Of a stretch of DNA of 64,000 bases, positions 49,994-59,330 are shown one piece after another; position 1 is the stretch's first letter; the number at the start of each line of letters is the position of its first letter. The notes under the pieces are model-generated. The model was not told the DNA's origin. It ran no database searches and saw nothing but the letters and a program-made list of their open reading frames with translations. A program made the translations under genes and the position numbers. The stretch lies in the IMG/VR virus record IMGVR_UViG_3300005573_001064; one strand, 5' to 3'. This DNA comes from an uncultured virus (IMG/VR IMGVR_UViG_3300005573_001064). Taxonomy: Duplodnaviria > Heunggongvirae > Uroviricota > Caudoviricetes.

Positions 49994-50797
49994 TTACTTC
50001 CTCCAGCAGTAATTCGAAAACTCGCAGTATGCACATGGATATTTCTCAGGATTCTGACCTTCTCTCTTGGGAATCTTTTTCTTCTCGACGGCTTTCTGAA
50101 TCTCTTCAAAGTATTTAATTCCCATTTTATATTTTTTAGAATCGGCAGGTATTTGAAACAATGCTACATCGTTGTTCCATAAAGATTTCTGATACCATTT
50201 CCCATTCCAAAATTCTCTAGCCCAATCCCTGCTGAAATATTGGAGAAATCCGAAGGGGCACATATCCTTCCCTACATATTTCTGAATCTCCCCGATATAA
50301 AATTGTAATTGCATTTCATCATCTAATTTGGGTATTCCAGTTACTCCATCCTTGCTATATTCGTATGACCTGTTACTTATAGTCTTAAAATCTATAACAA
50401 ATATTTGCCCTATTTTCATGTGAAACAGTTTAGCCATTCTAGAAGTCCTTATGAGGCCGACATAATCAGGGCGAAATGATATATTGCCATTCCTAGTTGC
50501 TGCATGGCATTCTTCATTCAAGAAAAATCCCGCACGGGACCATATTCGTCCAAAATATGGATGCAGAAGAGTTCCCATATCCATTATTCTCTCGCCTGGG
50601 AAATTTCGTTCATCAGTTTTAATACCTATCCACCGATAAAACACCTTTCGTTTACAAGAGAACAATTCTGAAGGGTAGTTAGATAACTTATCATCTTGCA
50701 TTACTTGTTTGCCGTATGCCCTCTTTTCAACAAATTCCCAGATATCATCTCTCAAAAGGAATCTGACGCCATTCGCCTCCTGAAATTGTAATTTCAT
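49994..50797 (-). CDS. Stand-alone Cas4-like PD-(D/E)XK exonuclease
   Basis: PSEL..C.RK..Y, GTLLH, RPD, IDFKT, QLQFY, C..C.F...C. Confidence 0.82.
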   Translation of the reverse strand: MKLQFQEANGVRFLLRDDIWEFVEKRAYGKQVMQDDKLSNYPSELFSCKRKVFYRWIGIKTDERNFPGERIMDMGTLLHPYFGRIWSRAGFFLNEECHAATRNGNISFRPDYVGLIRTSRMAKLFHMKIGQIFVIDFKTISNRSYEYSKDGVTGIPKLDDEMQLQFYIGEIQKYVGKDMCPFGFLQYFSRDWAREFWNGKWYQKSLWNNDVALFQIPADSKKYKMGIKYFEEIQKAVEKKKIPKREGQNPEKYPCAYCEFSNYCWRK

Positions 50798-51049
50798 TTA
50801 TATCCCCCGATTCAAATAGTGCTTTCCACCTGCCTTTGCAATAGCCCCAGTAAATGCATTTCTTGTCAAAAATACTTCTGAAAAATGGCATTCATTACAG
50901 TAAAGAATCTCCGCCCCATTCTCCCCCATTCTTGTCTTCAATGCAGTAAAACATTTAGGGCATATTTCTTTGGTTTCTATTCTGACATGCCTTATGAGCA
51001 AATATTGATGCCTGAATGTCTTTTTACAGTTACATTGCCACTTTGCCAT
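50798..51049 (-). CDS. Small Zn-finger protein
   Basis: CNC...H and CPKC...CNEC. Confidence 0.55.
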   Translation of the reverse strand: MAKWQCNCKKTFRHQYLLIRHVRIETKEICPKCFTALKTRMGENGAEILYCNECHFSEVFLTRNAFTGAIAKAGGKHYLNRGI

Positions 51050-51053
51050 TTAT

Positions 51054-51410
51054 TCATCCCCCATTTTCAGAAGTAAATTCTACTAATGGTTCATCAATCT
51101 GAGCAATATAGGTTGTCCCATTCTTCAAGACCAGAAGACCGTCATTAAGTAATTGTACTGTAACTTCCATGTCCTGCATATTAAATTTACAGAGAGGGCA
51201 TCTACAATTGGGCGTCCCAATTCTGGTCCCATTCTTGGTTGCTCGGTCCCATGCTTGGTCTTCAGTTTCACCCTTTCTTGGAATTACCAAATCATGCTCT
51301 TTCTCAACATGATTCTGTAACTCTTCCAGAGTGCCGAATGTGCTCGTCTCGTCAAGTTTCCGCTTTTCAAACAAACAGTATTTACATCCAAATTTTTTTA
51401 TATCTGTCAT
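51054..51410 (-). CDS. C2H2-like Zn-finger protein
   Basis: CKYC...F.....L..H...EH. Confidence 0.55.
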   Translation of the reverse strand: MTDIKKFGCKYCLFEKRKLDETSTFGTLEELQNHVEKEHDLVIPRKGETEDQAWDRATKNGTRIGTPNCRCPLCKFNMQDMEVTVQLLNDGLLVLKNGTTYIAQIDEPLVEFTSENGG

Positions 51411-51597
51411 TTTTTACCACCTCTAACTATTTCAGCAGGGTAAGTTCCAACTGGTTTAGGCTGTATGCAATCCTTACAATTCCCACTACATCTGACATCC
51501 TTTTCCAAATATTTACAATAGCGGTATTCCTGAATTTCATTCGCAATATTAATTATATTCTGTAACATTTCTTCTCTTCTATCCTCCGTCAATCTCC

Positions 51598-52467
51598 TCA
51601 CCTCCTGATGCGAGATTTAAATTTACGGATATTATAATTAATTCGACCAAACAGCGTTTGTTCTCCCCATCCAACTTTTTTAGAAATCAGAGGGAAATAC
51701 TTTTCATACAGTTCAATGCCTATAAAATTGCGTTGAAGATGTTTCGCCATTCGTAGGGTTGTTCCTGTTCCACAATAGGGGTCTAGTACTACATCGTATT
51801 TGTAAGTATAGAGAAGAATCACCCTTCTAGCCAATTCTGCTGGGAACGGGGCACAATGCTTTTCTTTGGATGCTGATGACGATTTTATTTCCCATACAGG
51901 ATTGAGAATCCATTTTTCACATCCCTGTTTAAGTTTAGAATTTTCAATTCTTTTCTGAGGCATTTTAGAATAGTCCCGAACTCCAGGCTTTTGAAGAACT
52001 ATAACATATTCCACAGTATTAGCAATACAAATACCCCAAGGGCGAGGATATGAACAGGTAATTTTATGTTGATTCCCTTTGTTCCAGTATATCATATCTC
52101 TAAATCTAAACCCTATTTTCTTACAGCGTAAATATATTTCGACATGATTGGCCCACATCCCCACATGTTTAGAGGGCATATCGCTTGTATTGATAATTAA
52201 ACGACCTCCTGGTACGAGAACCCTATAACACTCTTTCCAAACCTCCGCTAAATAATCATTAAAAATCTTTTCCCCTTTTTCCAGTTTAGAAACTTCGCCC
52301 TTTTCCCACCAGGACGATTCTATCCCTATACTTTCATACAGTTCTTTCCACATATCGGCCCCATAATAAGGCGGACTGGTAAATACCAAATGAACGAAAT
52401 TATCTGGAATGAACTTCATTACTTTATTCGCATTCCCCAGCATCAATGTCCCATGGATTTCTCGCAT
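51598..52467 (-). CDS. Beta-class N4-C/N6-A DNA methyltransferase
   Basis: FTSPPY, HCAPFP, VLDPYCGTGTT. Confidence 0.92.
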   Translation of the reverse strand: MREIHGTLMLGNANKVMKFIPDNFVHLVFTSPPYYGADMWKELYESIGIESSWWEKGEVSKLEKGEKIFNDYLAEVWKECYRVLVPGGRLIINTSDMPSKHVGMWANHVEIYLRCKKIGFRFRDMIYWNKGNQHKITCSYPRPWGICIANTVEYVIVLQKPGVRDYSKMPQKRIENSKLKQGCEKWILNPVWEIKSSSASKEKHCAPFPAELARRVILLYTYKYDVVLDPYCGTGTTLRMAKHLQRNFIGIELYEKYFPLISKKVGWGEQTLFGRINYNIRKFKSRIRR

Positions 52468-52883
52468 TTTTTCACTTCCAGATTTACGACAATCCCTTTT
52501 ATTTCCAATTGCCTTATAAGGTAATTCAATTCTGAAGAATTGCCATCTTTTCCAATTATATTATCAATAAATTCGTTAAGACCAGACTTATCATTTATAT
52601 CCACTTTTTCAACCACTCCATGAGACTTATCTGGCATTAATCTAATCGTTATATTACACACTCTGTCGTCTATCTTTTGACCAATTTTTTCTTCTGCTTT
52701 ACTCAATTTATACTCCGCCTGTGCAAGTCTTTGTTGAGCATCATCTTTTGTTTTCTCTGTACATCTAAATTTAAATAATAGTCGCTTCAATTCGCTCTTA
52801 ATTTCTGGATAGCGTAAAATAAGGTCATTGATGATTTCTTCAAAACTTTCATCAGGTTCTGCTGCTATATCTTTTCTGACCAT
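52443..52883 (-). CDS. Hypothetical coiled-coil protein
   Basis: GAGGG RBS. Confidence 0.5.
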   Translation of the reverse strand: MVRKDIAAEPDESFEEIINDLILRYPEIKSELKRLLFKFRCTEKTKDDAQQRLAQAEYKLSKAEEKIGQKIDDRVCNITIRLMPDKSHGVVEKVDINDKSGLNEFIDNIIGKDGNSSELNYLIRQLEIKGIVVNLEVKKCEKSMGH

Positions 52884-53034
52884 AAAATTTCCCTCTCGTA
52901 GAACCGTAAAATCCTCTGTTTTCGATGGAACTATGATGAAAAGTTTTTTTGAATAAACTTTAGCCCACTGATTCTAATATGCTATATCTGGATAAAACCT
53001 TATTAATTGTAAAACCTTCAGATAAAAAATATAA

Positions 53035-53056
53035 GGGGAGTGTTTCACTCCCCTTC
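53035..53056 (-). terminator. Hairpin terminator after the histone-like gene
   Basis: GGGGAGTG...CACTCCCC followed by a T-rich tract on the minus strand. Confidence 0.6.
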
Positions 53057-53063
53057 AGGAAGT

Positions 53064-53645
53064 CTACTCCTCCTCTTCCTTGCGGAGACCAGCAAACTTC
53101 TTGCCCTTCTTGGCCTTCTTGCCCTTCTTGGCCTTCTTGCCCTTCTTGGCCTTCTTGCCCTTCTTGGCCAAGGCCCTTCGAAGGGCAGCTGCCAAAGCCT
53201 TTTTCCGCTCTCCCGACTTCTTTCCCAGAGATGTGTAGCCCTTCAGCTTCATCTTCTTGGCCATCTCTCTGAGCTCCTCGGCCCTTGGGTGTTTCCTCAC
53301 CCTCTTCGCAGTTCCCTTGGGGATGTCTATCCCTTGGGACGCTGCAAAGCCCTGCGTCCACGGGCGAACGTATTTGCCATCAGTAACGATGACATAGCCC
53401 TTCGCCTTCGCAGCAGCAAGGAACTCACCCGACTTCACCTTTACGTGCCGCCTGGGGTCTGGCCCCTGGGCCACGATGCCCCTGCGGTTTTTTACACCCG
53501 CTCGGTAGATAAGAGCAGGTATTCCCTTGCTCTTACCACTCTTACCGACGACCATAACCAGTCGGTTCGCTTTCACCAGCTCAAGCAGCTCGGCCCTATC
53601 CTTCACAGCCCTGAGGGGCTGTGCCTTCTTCTTCTTCACCAACAT
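53064..53645 (-). CDS. Lysine/alanine-rich histone H1-like protein ending RKEEEE
   Basis: About four 18-bp repeats encoding AKKGKK; start moved to the ATG at 53645 downstream of the BRE-TATA promoter. Confidence 0.75.
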   Translation of the reverse strand: MLVKKKKAQPLRAVKDRAELLELVKANRLVMVVGKSGKSKGIPALIYRAGVKNRRGIVAQGPDPRRHVKVKSGEFLAAAKAKGYVIVTDGKYVRPWTQGFAASQGIDIPKGTAKRVRKHPRAEELREMAKKMKLKGYTSLGKKSGERKKALAAALRRALAKKGKKAKKGKKAKKGKKAKKGKKFAGLRKEEEE

Positions 53646-53710
53646 ACCATCTCCCAGGTCGAGGACCGTTTTTAGTCCTCTAACCTTCGCAGTACCTATC
53701 TGCACCAAGA

Positions 53711-53728
53711 GTATATAAACCTTTCGCC
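53711..53728 (-). promoter_or_regulatory. Consensus archaeal BRE-TATA promoter
   Basis: Minus strand GGCGAAAGGTTTATATAC. Confidence 0.8.
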
Positions 53729-53788
53729 TTTTTTTCCTGAAAAAGCGTCATTTTTGCATAACGAACAGGTCAATAGTAATATTAATCA

Positions 53789-55225
53789 TTATTCTCCAGA
53801 TTTAAGTATTTTAATTTGCTTTCTCGCCCCCGTCCCCAGTATTTTAATCATTCCCGATTCTTTCAGGTCATGAATAACCTTCCGTGCCTGTCTTTCACTA
53901 ATTTTACAATCTTTAACAATATCTTTTACTACTATTCCCATTCTGATTAAAGAATCTTTAGGATACCGAGCCAGAATATCGCCATACGACTTGTTTTCAT
54001 CTTTCTCCAGCACTTTACCTATTTGTTCCAGAAAGACACATTTGTTTACAACATATCTTCTGATGTATTTTTTCGCCCAGTCAAGCACGCACGGATGATA
54101 TTCTAAACTCTGATGCTTCAGTTTGTACCCTTTCCCGCTCAGAAGTCGTTTATCTTCAACAGAACGGACGGTATGAATCAAGGCCCCAACAGTTAACAAT
54201 TGGATGCTGTTCAATCCATCTCTTGGGTTTGGAGAATAATTCAGTTTCCGTTTAGTGGTCTCTCTTACAAATTCATTCCTACAGAAAGAAGTTGCCTCCT
54301 CCCACAAGTCTTTCGGCGGTGTATTTACGCACTTAAAATGAGTATTCCAGAAAACTCTATTATTGGTATACAAATATTGTTTATGATTCGGTTTGGCATC
54401 ACGCTTTACAACTAGCATCTGTTCCCGTTCTCCGAGCTCAGGAATCCAAGGAACTATGACGAACCTATTGAGATATCCAGATAACCATAATTTGTTCACA
54501 AGTTTCTTATCCTGTCTAGGAATTGGCCTTGTCCCCGCCCAAAATGTTCCTTTACACCAGTAACTCATCAATCCTAAATCTGAGTCGAAGGTGACTCCTT
54601 GCATTCTCAATTTCTTTTCATCTCTGGCAGATATTTTGGCCCCAACCATACTGACCATTGCGACCTTTCCTCTCCCACTCTCTAAAACATTCAGCATATA
54701 ATTAAGCATTTCAGAAGAATCTTCCCCCAAAAAATCAAGCAATTCATCAGCCACCCATAAATCTGCATACTTCATCAATGGCAGCACAAGTTTTGTACAA
54801 AGATTGCCATTTTTACCAGTAACTTGATTGATGGACCCTCTTAATATCGGTCTTTTAATATCACCAGTAAGATTTATAAAATGCACCCTGTCGTATGTTC
54901 GATATGCTCGATTTAGTTCCCTCCCGCCACAGCATTCCCACGAAAAATCTTCGAGTATAGTGGACTTGTAATAACTGTTTTCCCAATACAACAGAACATG
55001 GCGTCGTGCCCTGATTCGTGGATTATCTGAGTAAGCCCTTCGCCTCAAGCACGTCATCAGATAACTTATTTCCAATTCTGGAAATGCCAATTTTCCAATT
55101 CTCCCATAATGTTCTTCTCCTAACTTTTCAGCATAATCAACGGGGTCATCAATGAAAATCGTCTGTCGCCCCAGAGGATTTTCCTCATCGTAATTATTAA
55201 TGTTAAATTTCTTTTCTGATGACAT
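53789..55225 (-). CDS. MCM-like AAA+ protein with C-terminal winged helix
   Basis: HVLLYWENSYYKS (aberrant Walker A), VADE, LNVLESG, LNRF, PRD, terminal wHTH. Confidence 0.6.
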   Translation of the reverse strand: MSSEKKFNINNYDEENPLGRQTIFIDDPVDYAEKLGEEHYGRIGKLAFPELEISYLMTCLRRRAYSDNPRIRARRHVLLYWENSYYKSTILEDFSWECCGGRELNRAYRTYDRVHFINLTGDIKRPILRGSINQVTGKNGNLCTKLVLPLMKYADLWVADELLDFLGEDSSEMLNYMLNVLESGRGKVAMVSMVGAKISARDEKKLRMQGVTFDSDLGLMSYWCKGTFWAGTRPIPRQDKKLVNKLWLSGYLNRFVIVPWIPELGEREQMLVVKRDAKPNHKQYLYTNNRVFWNTHFKCVNTPPKDLWEEATSFCRNEFVRETTKRKLNYSPNPRDGLNSIQLLTVGALIHTVRSVEDKRLLSGKGYKLKHQSLEYHPCVLDWAKKYIRRYVVNKCVFLEQIGKVLEKDENKSYGDILARYPKDSLIRMGIVVKDIVKDCKISERQARKVIHDLKESGMIKILGTGARKQIKILKSGE

Positions 55226-55311
55226 ATTTTACACCTGTTACTTTATTATAAAAATGGGCGAGTTATCACCATGACGGAACAATATAACTTTGCCCTTATT
55301 TAAATGTTCCT

Positions 55312-55560
55312 ACCTAACCTACAGACTTTCATTGCAAAAATTTCGACTTAACTTACAGATTTCCACTATAAACTTTCCGACCTAACCTACAGACTTTCAT
55401 TGCAAAATTTAGAGTATTCTGATTTGTTCACTTTCAGTCAATCAAGTCCTTATTCTGGTAAAGACGGTTTCCAGTCAGTCAAGTCCTTATTCTGGTAAGA
55501 CTATTTTCAGTCAATCAATTCATTATTCTGGTAAAAACGTTTTCCAGTCAAGCAAGTCAT
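55312..55560. repeat. Two iteron-like tandem arrays (3 x 34 bp; 4 x 36-37 bp)
   Basis: ACCTAACCTACAGACTTTCATTGCAAAA at 55312, 55346 (degenerate) and 55380; CAGTCARTCAAGTCCTTATTCTGGTAA at 55435, 55472, 55508 and 55545 (partial). Confidence 0.9.
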
Positions 55561-56892
55561 CGGTCTTAATCCCATACAGGAAGATTGGTGTCTCTACCAG
55601 ACATCCTCATTCATACAGTTTACAAAGTTAAAAAGTCGGGACAGCAGAATTCCGTTCCATCGATTCAATAGCAGTTCACGATTTTGCATCTGAAACCGTG
55701 CTAATGATTGTCAGGCTTTTTCTGAGGGAAGAAATTTTTTTCCTTTTTCTGGGGGCATGATTTTTTCCGATTGCTGTATTGGAGATATGCCAAAAAAGCA
55801 CTTTCCGGCAACTCGTCTTTAAATACTCTTTTGCATTTTCATCAGCCGACCGACCGAGTTGACGGCATTCTGATTCCCGAATGGATTATCAAAGATTTAT
55901 TCTGCGTAGATGATTTATATTCTGGTAACCGTGCTAATAAATAGCATGCTATATCTGATAAAGAAAAAAAAGATGGAGGCGCTGGAGATGTGCATTTTTT
56001 TGCTTTACTGGTGCAATTTGGAGGGCCGAGGGGGGGTATTTATTTAACACTATATATATACTTTTCGCCTAGGTTCTACAGAAATTTTTCAATTTTTTGG
56101 TCACAGATAGGCATCCTAATCAGATAAGTGCCGAAAAATGGTATTTAAAGACTTTCGCTTTTGTTCGCCCCTCGGACATGACTGCTTTATTTTTTATTCT
56201 AATATATAAACCTTTCGCTAACTACACAGAACATTAAAGTGCCTTTTTTCGGACATGCTATTTTTGGACATCAGAGGTTATAGGTCGTCGGTGACCTATC
56301 CAGAAAACTAGAAAAAATTTTTTTATCGGAACTTCTATCGGAACTCTTTAGACCGATTTTTTTTGCATTATCTGAGACAAAAAAATATCAAAAAACTCAA
56401 AAAATGAGTTCCGATAGGAATCTGGATATTGAGAGTATTTAACTATCGGAACTCGGAGGCCCCCCCCGCCCTTTTCCTTTCTCCGTTTTTACTATAAAGT
56501 TTATCGCAATTTATAGCAAATTTTATGGTAGAATTCTTATGTTAAAAAACACGAAAAAACACGATTCGACAGAAAAAAGGTATAATCCTCGTTGGGATAA
56601 TTTCTCCTAGAAATTTTTTATTTCTGAGGGCGTGCTAATATGTGTCATGGCAAACATTAGCACGGTCTAACTGCTCTTGTAGAGAAATTCTGATTATATT
56701 ACTTACTGAAATGAAATAGAAAATTTTCACTTTTGGATACAACTGAATCATTTTTGATATTTCTGGTATTTTTTTAACAAAAACAAAGGGCCGACGTGGA
56801 TGCAAACTTCGGTAACTCCGAGGGATTGGCTACGGTTCATTCCGCTGATAGCCACGGCCACAATTTCTTCTGATGGCAATATCCTTTTTGGG

Positions 56893-56943
56893 ATGTATAG
56901 AGCCATGGTTCTACACATCACTCATACCATTTTAGGGGAATGA
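56893..56943. repeat. Double-palindrome element, copy 4
   Basis: ATGTATAGAGCCATGGTTCTACACATCACTCATACCATTTTAGGGGAATGA. Confidence 0.9.
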
Positions 56944-56946
56944 ATA

Positions 56947-57543
56947 TCAGGCATCCTCTTTGTCAATACGCATCCAGTTATCAAGTGAAGATTGGGGATG
57001 CTTTAAACTCAGTATGCCTTTTTGTAGAATGAACTTCTTTAGTGAGCGGATATCAGCAAACCATTTCGATTTGAATTTTGGTTGATGAAGGAAGGAAGCT
57101 GGATGAAGCAGAGGGAATATATAAAGCCATCCCATCCTTATGGACTTCCCAGAAATTTTAGTGATGTTGATGTTGCCACCAAGAAAATACTGTGTGGCAT
57201 GATTGCCTAAAGTTATAAGAAGGCTGGGCTTCATTCGCCGTATCTGTTTTTGGAGCAACCTGCCACAAAGCGATTTTTCTCTATCAGTCGGGGGCCGATT
57301 CTTCCCGTCGGGAGTTACAGGTCGGCATTTGACCAGATTAGTTATGAAGTAATCTTTCTTATCTATGCCCAGAAAATTGATTGCCTTATTAAGTTGTTTG
57401 CCAGCCCGCCCAACAAAAGGCTGACCCTTTTTTTCTTCTTCTTCGCCAGGTGCCTCACCGATGAAGATTATTTTTGGATTGGTTGAACCTCGGCCCATTA
57501 TCACCTGACGATGTGCATACAACGGGCATTTTTTACAGTTCAT
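56947..57543 (-). CDS. udg: Family 4 uracil-DNA glycosylase
   Basis: CKKCPL, IGEAPG, PFVGRAG, TNLVKCRP, HPAS; ATG at 57543 has an RBS. Confidence 0.93.
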   Translation of the reverse strand: MNCKKCPLYAHRQVIMGRGSTNPKIIFIGEAPGEEEEKKGQPFVGRAGKQLNKAINFLGIDKKDYFITNLVKCRPVTPDGKNRPPTDREKSLCGRLLQKQIRRMKPSLLITLGNHATQYFLGGNINITKISGKSIRMGWLYIFPLLHPASFLHQPKFKSKWFADIRSLKKFILQKGILSLKHPQSSLDNWMRIDKEDA

Positions 57544-57668
57544 CCAATTTTTCCTTCCTATGGCAATTTTCATCAGCAATAGATTAAAAAAATTTCTACA
57601 CATCTGAAAAAAGTTAAAAAAAAGAGAAGAAGGAACACGATTCGACAGAAAAATTTCTATAAATTTTT

Positions 57669-58061
57669 TTATTTTTTTATTTCTGAGAGATAGCTCCACC
57701 ATATGTCCTCAGATCCCAAACGCTTGTCCCCCATGAACGCATTGAAGTCATCCACTATTTTCCTGCCTATCTCACGGTACGTGTCCAATACTTCACCATA
57801 AAATTCGTCAGAGTCCCCAACGAGGACTATCCTGTCACCAGCCCAGCGCCCTGCCCATGGATTTGAAATAAACTTTTTCTTCTTCTTGTCCCAAGGCAGG
57901 AGTCCGCTGGGGTCGGGGAACTTCTTTGCGAGAAGCCAGGGTAATACCCTGCAGACGTCTCCAGCACAAATTTCCCACAGTTTGACAATACCAAACTCCA
58001 GTTCCGTAGGGTCAATATATTCTTTCTTACTGGTATTCACGATTATCCAGTTTTGTCCCAT
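57669..58061 (-). CDS. Hypothetical protein
   Basis: GAGGTGA RBS; MGQ.W.IVN..KKEY, GRWAGDRIVLVGD. Confidence 0.65.
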   Translation of the reverse strand: MGQNWIIVNTSKKEYIDPTELEFGIVKLWEICAGDVCRVLPWLLAKKFPDPSGLLPWDKKKKKFISNPWAGRWAGDRIVLVGDSDEFYGEVLDTYREIGRKIVDDFNAFMGDKRLGSEDIWWSYLSEIKK

Positions 58062-58148
58062 TTTTTCACCTCACCTATTCTCCCCCACAAAGGGGTGAAT
58101 CATGATTGGTGCACCTAATATATAAAGATTGTGCTGCTCGAAGACAGC

Positions 58149-58490
58149 TCATTTGAAACTTTCCACCCTCCCTGTCATTCTTATTTTCTGGCGGTAGAAT
58201 CTAATTGCATAATAATCCCTGTACAATACTCCTATGTCCGCTCCTATCCACAGCGAAATAACTATCGCCGAATATATTGGGGGAATAAACACTATTATGC
58301 CCAAGGCTATTAATCCTGTTAGCGTTATATCTATTGGTAAATACCACCATCCCAACTTTTCAAGTAATATGCTACAGCCTGGCACCATCTCAGTCGCACT
58401 CTTTTTACTAACTACCCAATACAGAGTATATGCATCACCACACCCTTGGAAAATCATTAATAGAAGATATAATATCAGTATTTCTAACAT
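58149..58490 (-). CDS. Membrane protein
   Basis: Several hydrophobic helices. Confidence 0.5.
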   Translation of the reverse strand: MLEILILYLLLMIFQGCGDAYTLYWVVSKKSATEMVPGCSILLEKLGWWYLPIDITLTGLIALGIIVFIPPIYSAIVISLWIGADIGVLYRDYYAIRFYRQKIRMTGRVESFK

Positions 58491-58506
58491 TCATCACATC
58501 TCCTTT

Positions 58507-58743
58507 TTACCACGACGCATAGTCTGTGATATCTTCCTCTTTCTTGCATTTTCTGCATCTCACGACCATTTTGACACCGACGCCAGTCTGTATCTTTTTC
58601 ATCTTGACGCCGTGTTGTCTGTGTTCTTGGCAAAACCGACGGTATTGTTCCTGTTCTCTCGCATTCATGTTCATCTCAACCACCTCTCCGTTTCTTTTAC
58701 TTTGGGCAATTCCTGTTACTTCTTGGGCTTCCAACAAGAGCAT
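58507..58743 (-). CDS. Small Zn-ribbon hypothetical protein
   Basis: TGVG...CRKC...DITDYASW. Confidence 0.55.
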   Translation of the reverse strand: MLLLEAQEVTGIAQSKRNGEVVEMNMNAREQEQYRRFCQEHRQHGVKMKKIQTGVGVKMVVRCRKCKKEEDITDYASW

Positions 58744-59330
58744 ACAGCGAAATCAGAAACACTATCACAATGCTGAACACCACAATTTTTACAACAGTGG
58801 TCCCCTTCCCACTTCTTTAGTTTGGCTTCGAGTTCAGCTATACGGGCCTCATATCTCAACTTGTCAGCGTAGTAATGGGCCTCTGTGTATGTCGTAGGGT
58901 GTGATTCGAGGTCTCTGACCTTCTCTTCGAGTTCCTTGACCTTCTGCTCAGCCTTCTGCCACGCATCCCCAAACTCGTTGATGCGCTTGTCCTTCTCAAT
59001 GACCTTCTGCTCAAGTTCCTCGACCTTCTTCTCAAGGTCAGAAATTACTCTATTCTCATGTATTTCTATATGCTTTAAGTGGCATTCATGCTCATGCTCG
59101 CAGTGCCAGCAATCGGCACATCCTCGCATGTATGCGACCTGCCTATCTCTGAGCTGGACCTTTTGTTCGAGTTCTTCGACCTTCTGTTCATAATATTTTA
59201 TATCCATGTTTGCTTTATTGAAATATTTTCCCTTGCACCATCCCATTGGAACAGGCAGTCCCTCACAGGTCTTGAACCCTGTACAATACAGACACAATTT
59301 TCTATCAAATTCTTGCTTCTTCTCAGTCAT
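58716..59330 (-). CDS. Coiled-coil protein with Cys clusters
   Basis: Start at ATG 59330 (GGTGA RBS); KVEELEQKV repeats. Confidence 0.6.
   Translation of the reverse strand: MTEKKQEFDRKLCLYCTGFKTCEGLPVPMGWCKGKYFNKANMDIKYYEQKVEELEQKVQLRDRQVAYMRGCADCWHCEHEHECHLKHIEIHENRVISDLEKKVEELEQKVIEKDKRINEFGDAWQKAEQKVKELEEKVRDLESHPTTYTEAHYYADKLRYEARIAELEAKLKKWEGDHCCKNCGVQHCDSVSDFAVCSCWKPKK

Larger units (their letters stand above)
55226..56946. other. 1.7-kb ORF-free region, candidate replication origin/control region
   Basis: No ORF of 60 aa or more; iterons, AT tracts and repeated motifs next to the MCM-like gene. Confidence 0.55.

Noticed and set aside
55312..55560. CRISPR or mini-CRISPR array
   Set aside because: Variable segments are only about 6-10 bp and resemble each other; the Cas4-like gene is stand-alone with no cas1/cas2.
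55226..56946. tRNA or rRNA genes in the long intergenic region
   Set aside because: No cloverleaf with a GTTCRA T-loop and acceptor stem, and no rRNA signature seen.
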